20,000 bases of DNA from an uncultured virus (IMG/VR IMGVR_UViG_3300017642_000089) (Duplodnaviria; Heunggongvirae; Uroviricota; Caudoviricetes), in the IMG/VR virus record IMGVR_UViG_3300017642_000089, one strand, 5' to 3'. The notes under the pieces are model-generated. The model saw nothing but the letters and a program-made list of their open reading frames with translations. It searched no databases and was not told where the DNA came from. Numbering within the stretch: the stretch's first letter is position 1; each line of letters starts with the position of its first letter. Made by a program: the position numbers and the translations under genes. Below, piece by piece: positions 16,039-20,000 of this stretch.

Positions 16039-17096
16039 TGTACGACATTCCCGACTTCGACAGCATACGCGCCACCTACCTGCGCGACGTGAGAAACCTG
16101 CTCCCGGACGCGGCCACAGACGCGGATTCGGACGTCTACGTCCGGGCAATGGCCGCTTCGTCGGCCGTCTATGGCCTGTATCAATACTTGCTGTGGATAG
16201 CCCGGCAGATCATGCCGGACACGGCCGACACCGAGAACCTGGAGCGCCACGCCGCACTTCGCGGCATCACCCGCAAGCCCGGAACAGTGGCCAGCGGCAC
16301 GGTCACCTTCGCCGGCCAGGTCGGCGCGGCCATACCGGCGGGCACGGCCGTCAAGCATGTGGCCACGGGCTTGCTGTGCCTGACGGACGCACTGGCCCAA
16401 ATCGGGGAGACCGGCACGACCACCGTGGCCTGCCGCGCATCCGGCGTCGGCGCGGTGCCGGACTACGCCGACGAGCCCGTGCTGGCGGTCAGCACGCCGT
16501 CCGGCGTCCAGTCGCAAGCCGCGCTGACGCTTGCCGGCGGCACGGACGCCGAGACCGACGCCGAACTGCTCGCCCGGCTGCTGGATTACATGCGCAATCC
16601 GCCCGGCGGCGGCAATGCCTACGACTACAGGCGCTGGGCCATGGAAGTGGCCGGCGTGACGGCCGCCTGGTGCTACCCCCTGCGCCGGGGCATCGGGACC
16701 GTGGACGTGGCGGTGCTTTCCGCCGCCGGCCTGCCGTCCGACGAGCTGGTGGCTGACGTGCAGGCCCAACTGGACGCAAAGCGGCCGGTCGCCTGCCCGG
16801 ACGTCAGGGCCTTCGCGCCAACGCCTGTTGCCGTGGACGTGACGGTGCGCCTGCGCGTGAGCGGCACGACGCTTCCCGTGGTCAAGGCCGCCGCGAAGGA
16901 GGCGCTGACGCCGTATTTCGCCGGCCTGGCGCCTGGCGCGCTGGTGCTGCGCTCCCGCATCGAAACCATCCTTTCCGGACTGACCGGCGTGATGGACCGC
17001 GAGGTGGTCACGCCCGCCGCCAACGTCCAGGCCGTGGTGGATGCCACGCATTTGCAGTGGCCACGCCTGGGTACGCTCACCGTGGAGGCCTTGTGA
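16038..17096 (+). CDS. W: Baseplate J-like protein (Mu gp47/W), 352 aa
   Basis: QIMPDTAD, GGTDAETDAELLARL, PPGGGNAYDYRRWA and RRGIGTVDV motifs. Confidence 0.95.
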   Translation: MYDIPDFDSIRATYLRDVRNLLPDAATDADSDVYVRAMAASSAVYGLYQYLLWIARQIMPDTADTENLERHAALRGITRKPGTVASGTVTFAGQVGAAIPAGTAVKHVATGLLCLTDALAQIGETGTTTVACRASGVGAVPDYADEPVLAVSTPSGVQSQAALTLAGGTDAETDAELLARLLDYMRNPPGGGNAYDYRRWAMEVAGVTAAWCYPLRRGIGTVDVAVLSAAGLPSDELVADVQAQLDAKRPVACPDVRAFAPTPVAVDVTVRLRVSGTTLPVVKAAAKEALTPYFAGLAPGALVLRSRIETILSGLTGVMDREVVTPAANVQAVVDATHLQWPRLGTLTVEAL

Positions 17097-17671
17097 GCCA
17101 CGCGGCGCTTTTGGCCATGCTGCTGCCGCCGGTCAGCTACGCGCCGGGCGAGCGGATGGAACCCGAGCTTGCCGCCGAGGGCGCGGCCCTGGACGCGGTG
17201 CATGCCGGCGCGGCGCGCGCCGTGCGGGGCATCAATCCCTTCCAGGCCACGGAATGGGTGGCGGACTACGAGCGCGTCTACGGCCTGCCCGACACGTGCG
17301 CCTTGCCGGGCCGCACCTACCAGGAACGGCTGGCGGCCCTGGCCATCGCCGTCATGGAGCGCAGGGGCATATCCCGGGCCTACTTCATTCGTCTGGCCGC
17401 ACTTATCGGCTACGCCATCGCCATCACCGAATACAAGCCGTTTACGGCCGGCTCCCGGGCCGGTGATCCGCTCAGTAACGGCAATTGGAAATTCGCCTGG
17501 TGCGTGCAGGCCCCGGCCGTGACGCTACGGCGCTTCGCCGCCGGCCGCAGTTGCGCCGGCGAGGCGCTGGCCGAATGGGGCGATGCATATCTGGAATGCG
17601 TCATGCGCCGGCTTAAGCCCGCGCACACACAGGTGCTTTTTGCCTACGGAGGAACCTATGCACAGGATTGA
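17093..17671 (+). CDS. Baseplate protein (Mu gp48/DUF2313, YmfQ-like), 192 aa
   Basis: GTGA overlap with a GGAGG SD; LLPPVSY, ERVYGLPD, PFTAGSRAGDPL and LECVMRRLKPAHTQVLFAY motifs. Confidence 0.92.
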   Translation: MSHAALLAMLLPPVSYAPGERMEPELAAEGAALDAVHAGAARAVRGINPFQATEWVADYERVYGLPDTCALPGRTYQERLAALAIAVMERRGISRAYFIRLAALIGYAIAITEYKPFTAGSRAGDPLSNGNWKFAWCVQAPAVTLRRFAAGRSCAGEALAEWGDAYLECVMRRLKPAHTQVLFAYGGTYAQD

Positions 17672-18560
17672 TACGGCCACGGCCTTGCCCGGCGGCACCT
17701 TCACCGAGGGCGACCCCATGGTGCCGGTGCCGGCCACGGAGGTCAGCGCCGACTGGCTCAACGCCGTGCAGGCGGAGCTTGCCGCCGTCATCACGGCGGC
17801 CGGCATCGCCCTGGACAAGCAGGACAACGCGCAACTGGCCAAGGCCATCGCGGCCTTGCTCGCCGCCCACGCAGCGGCCGATCCGGCGCATCCGGCAAGC
17901 AAGGTCGGCTTTAACAATGCCGTGGCCGCACTTGCGGGGAATCCGACACGTGTGCAGGCCGCCATCGAAGCGCTCACCACCAAACTGACAGTTGCCCTCA
18001 ATGAGCTTGCGGCCGCGATTGCCGCACATGCGGCGGCAAACCCCGCTCATGCGGCCTTTACGATCAATTTCGACAATGCAGTGGCCGGCCTCGACGGTGC
18101 ACCGACCAGGATGCAGGCGGCGATAGAGGCTATTTTAACGCGCTCGGCCACGACGAACCGATTGGGGCTTGTCCGGCTGGCCACCACTGCCGCTGTCGCG
18201 GCACTGTCCGACGCATCGCAGGCCGTGACGCCGGCGGCACTAGGGAGCGTCTTTCCTCGGTATCTGGCAGGCAATGGCTATCAAAAATTGCCTGGAGGCC
18301 TGATTATTCAATGGTGGGGTGCAGATTTTACCAATGCCAACGGAGACGCATGGGTGACGTTCCCTATAGCCTTTCCTACAGCAGTATTTCACGTATCTGG
18401 TCATGCCCTGATATATACGGGTAGCTATGACCCGTTGGATGTAAATATTATCGCATGGGATTCTGGGACCACCAACTTGACCGGGGCACGTATGGTTTCA
18501 ACGGATTATACGGGCGCTAAACGGCAGGGGTCGGAACGTTTTTTCGCCATCGGCATATAG
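17658..18560 (+). CDS. Tail fibre protein (Mu S-like N-terminus), 300 aa
   Basis: MHRID...FTEGDP...TEVSADWLNAVQAEL N-terminus; internal repeat; GLVRLAT; C-terminal NGYQKLPGGLIIQWW...VTFPIAFP domain; GGAGG SD. Confidence 0.92.
   Translation: MHRIDTATALPGGTFTEGDPMVPVPATEVSADWLNAVQAELAAVITAAGIALDKQDNAQLAKAIAALLAAHAAADPAHPASKVGFNNAVAALAGNPTRVQAAIEALTTKLTVALNELAAAIAAHAAANPAHAAFTINFDNAVAGLDGAPTRMQAAIEAILTRSATTNRLGLVRLATTAAVAALSDASQAVTPAALGSVFPRYLAGNGYQKLPGGLIIQWWGADFTNANGDAWVTFPIAFPTAVFHVSGHALIYTGSYDPLDVNIIAWDSGTTNLTGARMVSTDYTGAKRQGSERFFAIGI
17862..18131 (+). repeat. Diverged tandem duplication inside the tail fibre (159-nt/53-aa period)
   Basis: AAHAAADPAHPASKVGFNNAVAALAGNPTRVQAAIEA versus AAHAAANPAHAAFTINFDNAVAGLDGAPTRMQAAIEA. 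Confidence 0.85.
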
Positions 18561-18569
18561 GGAGACACT

Positions 18570-18968
18570 ATGTTGTATTATTCCAAAAGCACAGGCGGTT
18601 TCTACGATACGGCCATCCACGGTGATATTCCTGCCAACGCCGTGGAAATCACCGAGGCCGAACACGCCGCCCTGCTAGCCGCCCAGGCCAGCGGGCAAAG
18701 CATCCAGGCTGGCGAGGACGGCCGACCGGTGGCGGTGGCGCGCCCTGCGCCCGATGCCGGGCAGTTGGCCATCAGGATCCGCGCGGCGCGGGACGCCAAG
18801 CTGACCACCTGCGACTGGACGCAACTGACCGATTCGCCGCTGTCGGCCGAGGCCAAGGCGGCTTGGACCGTTTATCGTCAGGCGCTACGCGACATCACGG
18901 CGCAAGAAGGTTTTCCCTGGGACGGCGAGATTTCGGCCGTCCCTTGGCCGGCCATGCCGGCCAAATAA
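18570..18968 (+). CDS. Tail fibre assembly chaperone, 132 aa
   Basis: YYSKSTGGFYDTAIHG...AVEITEAEHAALL; RAARDAKL..CDWTQL.DSPL; W..YRQALRDI..Q.GFP motifs. Confidence 0.9.
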   Translation: MLYYSKSTGGFYDTAIHGDIPANAVEITEAEHAALLAAQASGQSIQAGEDGRPVAVARPAPDAGQLAIRIRAARDAKLTTCDWTQLTDSPLSAEAKAAWTVYRQALRDITAQEGFPWDGEISAVPWPAMPAK

Positions 18969-18970
18969 GT

Positions 18971-19048
18971 GGAGCAGGCGGGACGGGGACAACCGTCCCA
19001 CTGGCCCGGTGTGCGATCACCGGCCCACCGGCCGAAGCCGGCTGCTCC
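18971..19048 (+). ncRNA. Candidate 78-nt four-way-junction (cloverleaf) RNA upstream of com
   Basis: Closing stem GGAGCAG/CTGCTCC; arms GGGACGG-GGACAA-CCGTCCC, CCGGTG-TGCGAT-CACCGG and CCGGC-CGAA-GCCGG. Confidence 0.5.
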
Positions 19049-19120
19049 CTGCCCACGATCAGGCGACCGGGGGTGACGGGGGCGTAGCAGGCGGCGGCAC
19101 AACCTGTAAAGACGTGGAGC

Positions 19121-19318
19121 ATGCGGAAGATACGTTGCGGCAACTGTAATCGATTGCTGGCCAAGGGCGAGGCGATAGACCTCGCCATCAAGTGCCCCCG
19201 TTGCGGGGCGATCACCATCGTGAGGGCCACGAGCCCCAACATCGAAGGCCATGGAGCCTCCCAAAGGGAGCGCTTCCATGGCCAGAGCATACCATCCGCC
19301 GAAACCGAGTCCGTATGA
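19121..19318 (+). CDS. com: Com zinc-finger translational activator, 65 aa
   Basis: IRCGNCNRLLAK...IKCPRCG (two CxxC); GGAG SD; overlaps the start of mom as in Mu. Confidence 0.93.
   Translation: MRKIRCGNCNRLLAKGEAIDLAIKCPRCGAITIVRATSPNIEGHGASQRERFHGQSIPSAETESV
19247..19283 (+). promoter_or_regulatory. Translation-inhibiting hairpin covering the mom SD and start codon
   Basis: GGCCATGGA-GC-CTCCC-AAA-GGGAG-CGCT-TCCATGGCC. The SD GGGAG (19266-70) and ATG (19278-80) are both in the 3' arm. Confidence 0.8.
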
Positions 19319-20000
19319 ACCGCCGAGCGGCGACAATCCCGGCTACATAGTGGGCGCAAACGGCGTGCAGGGGTTCGGCAAGCGTGATCTTTACCTGGCC
19401 GCCATTCCGGCGGCCAGGGCGCGCGAGGTCATCATCGCCCGGCATTATTCGCACAGGGTGGTCAACAACAGCTATGTGCATCTGGGCGTTTATCACCAGG
19501 GACAGTTCCGGGGCGTGCTACAGTTCGGCTATGCGCTCTGCCCGTGCCGGGCGGGCAAGGTAGTGGAAGGAACGCAGGTAGGCGAATACCTGGAGCTCAA
19601 CCGCATGTGGCTGGACGATGCCTGTCCGCGGAACACCGAGAGCCAGGCGATAAGCTTTGCCGTAAAATACATCCGCCGGGCCTGCCCGACCGTGGCCTGG
19701 GTGCAGTCTTTCGCCGACGAACGATGCGGCGGGTTGGGCGTGGTCTACCAGGCGAGCAATTTCCTCTACTGTGGCAGCCACCTGACGACGTTCTGGCATC
19801 TGGACGGCGAGTGGTATCACAAACTGATGCTGACAGCCCATGAAAGAAGTGGTGGGCGAGCTGCACAGCTGCGCAATAACTTGCATCGGGCGACACAGCA
19901 TAGCTTCAGGCAGTTTCGCTACGTGCTGTTTTTGAAGTCGTCCTGGCGCAAACGCCTGCGCCTAACGGTCCAGCCATACCCCAAACGCCAAGCCACATGA
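19278..20000 (+). CDS. mom: Mom adenine modification enzyme (GNAT fold, anti-restriction), 240 aa
   Basis: HYSHRVVNNSYVHLG, GVLQFGYAL, YLELNRMWLDD..PRNTES and SFADERCGGLGVVYQASNFLYCGSH motifs; follows com; TGA at 19998-20000. Confidence 0.95.
   Translation: MARAYHPPKPSPYEPPSGDNPGYIVGANGVQGFGKRDLYLAAIPAARAREVIIARHYSHRVVNNSYVHLGVYHQGQFRGVLQFGYALCPCRAGKVVEGTQVGEYLELNRMWLDDACPRNTESQAISFAVKYIRRACPTVAWVQSFADERCGGLGVVYQASNFLYCGSHLTTFWHLDGEWYHKLMLTAHERSGGRAAQLRNNLHRATQHSFRQFRYVLFLKSSWRKRLRLTVQPYPKRQAT

Larger units (their letters stand above)
1..20000 (+). mobile_element. Mu-like transposable phage/prophage, late region (portal to mom); element continues beyond both window edges
   Basis: Uninterrupted Mu gene order F-G-I/Z-T-gp35-38-L-M-gp41-42-N-P-Q-V-W-gp48-S-U-com-mom, with many overlapping or abutting start/stop codons. 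Confidence 0.97.

Noticed and set aside
178..17657. Longest-ORF starts in the supplied track (178, 1576, 3867, 5941, 6509, 6805, 11333, 12945, 15643, 15673, 17057, 17583)
   Set aside because: Downstream starts are better supported by SD sequences, stop/start coupling, promoter spacing or family N-termini.
18971..19048. tRNA gene (cloverleaf of tRNA size with a 7-bp closing stem)
   Set aside because: No TTC T-loop, no D-loop consensus, no 7-nt anticodon loop and no CCA end; arm lengths do not fit a tRNA.
19015..19060. Two GATC sites upstream of com as Dam/OxyR control like Mu Pmom
   Set aside because: Two GATCs can easily occur by chance, one lies within the predicted RNA structure, and no promoter or OxyR site is recognisable.
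18240..19120. Diversity-generating retroelement or Gin-type invertible segment at the tail fibre
   Set aside because: I saw no template/variable repeat pair, reverse transcriptase, invertase or flanking inverted gix-like sites.

Overview
The whole window is the late (morphogenesis) half of a GC-rich Mu-like transposable myovirus or prophage. It runs in Mu gene order from the 3' end of the portal gene through F, G, I/Z, T, the neck genes, sheath, tube, tail chaperone (with a -1 frameshift), tape measure, N, P, Q, the baseplate genes, tail fibre and fibre chaperone, and ends with com-mom. There is no gin or invertible G segment. Two AT-rich single-gene insertions interrupt the operon. One is a 519-aa STAND/ORC-CDC6-like P-loop NTPase between G and I. 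The other is a 205-aa antisense gene with a HEPN-like motif between Q and V. Directly after each insertion sits the same ~57-bp element: an identical 26-mer containing a TGAA-N4-TTCA dyad, then a TAnnnT -10 box in a hairpin loop, then an ATG 7 nt later. This looks like an activator-dependent late promoter making leaderless mRNA. Other notable items are a MuF protein with a PBECR-like nuclease extension followed by a compact, pseudoknot-capable structured RNA rather than an immunity ORF, a 78-nt cloverleaf upstream of com, a hairpin that hides the mom SD and AUG, and an antisense sigma70-like promoter inside gp46. All protein family calls come from motif recognition and synteny; no database searches were run.
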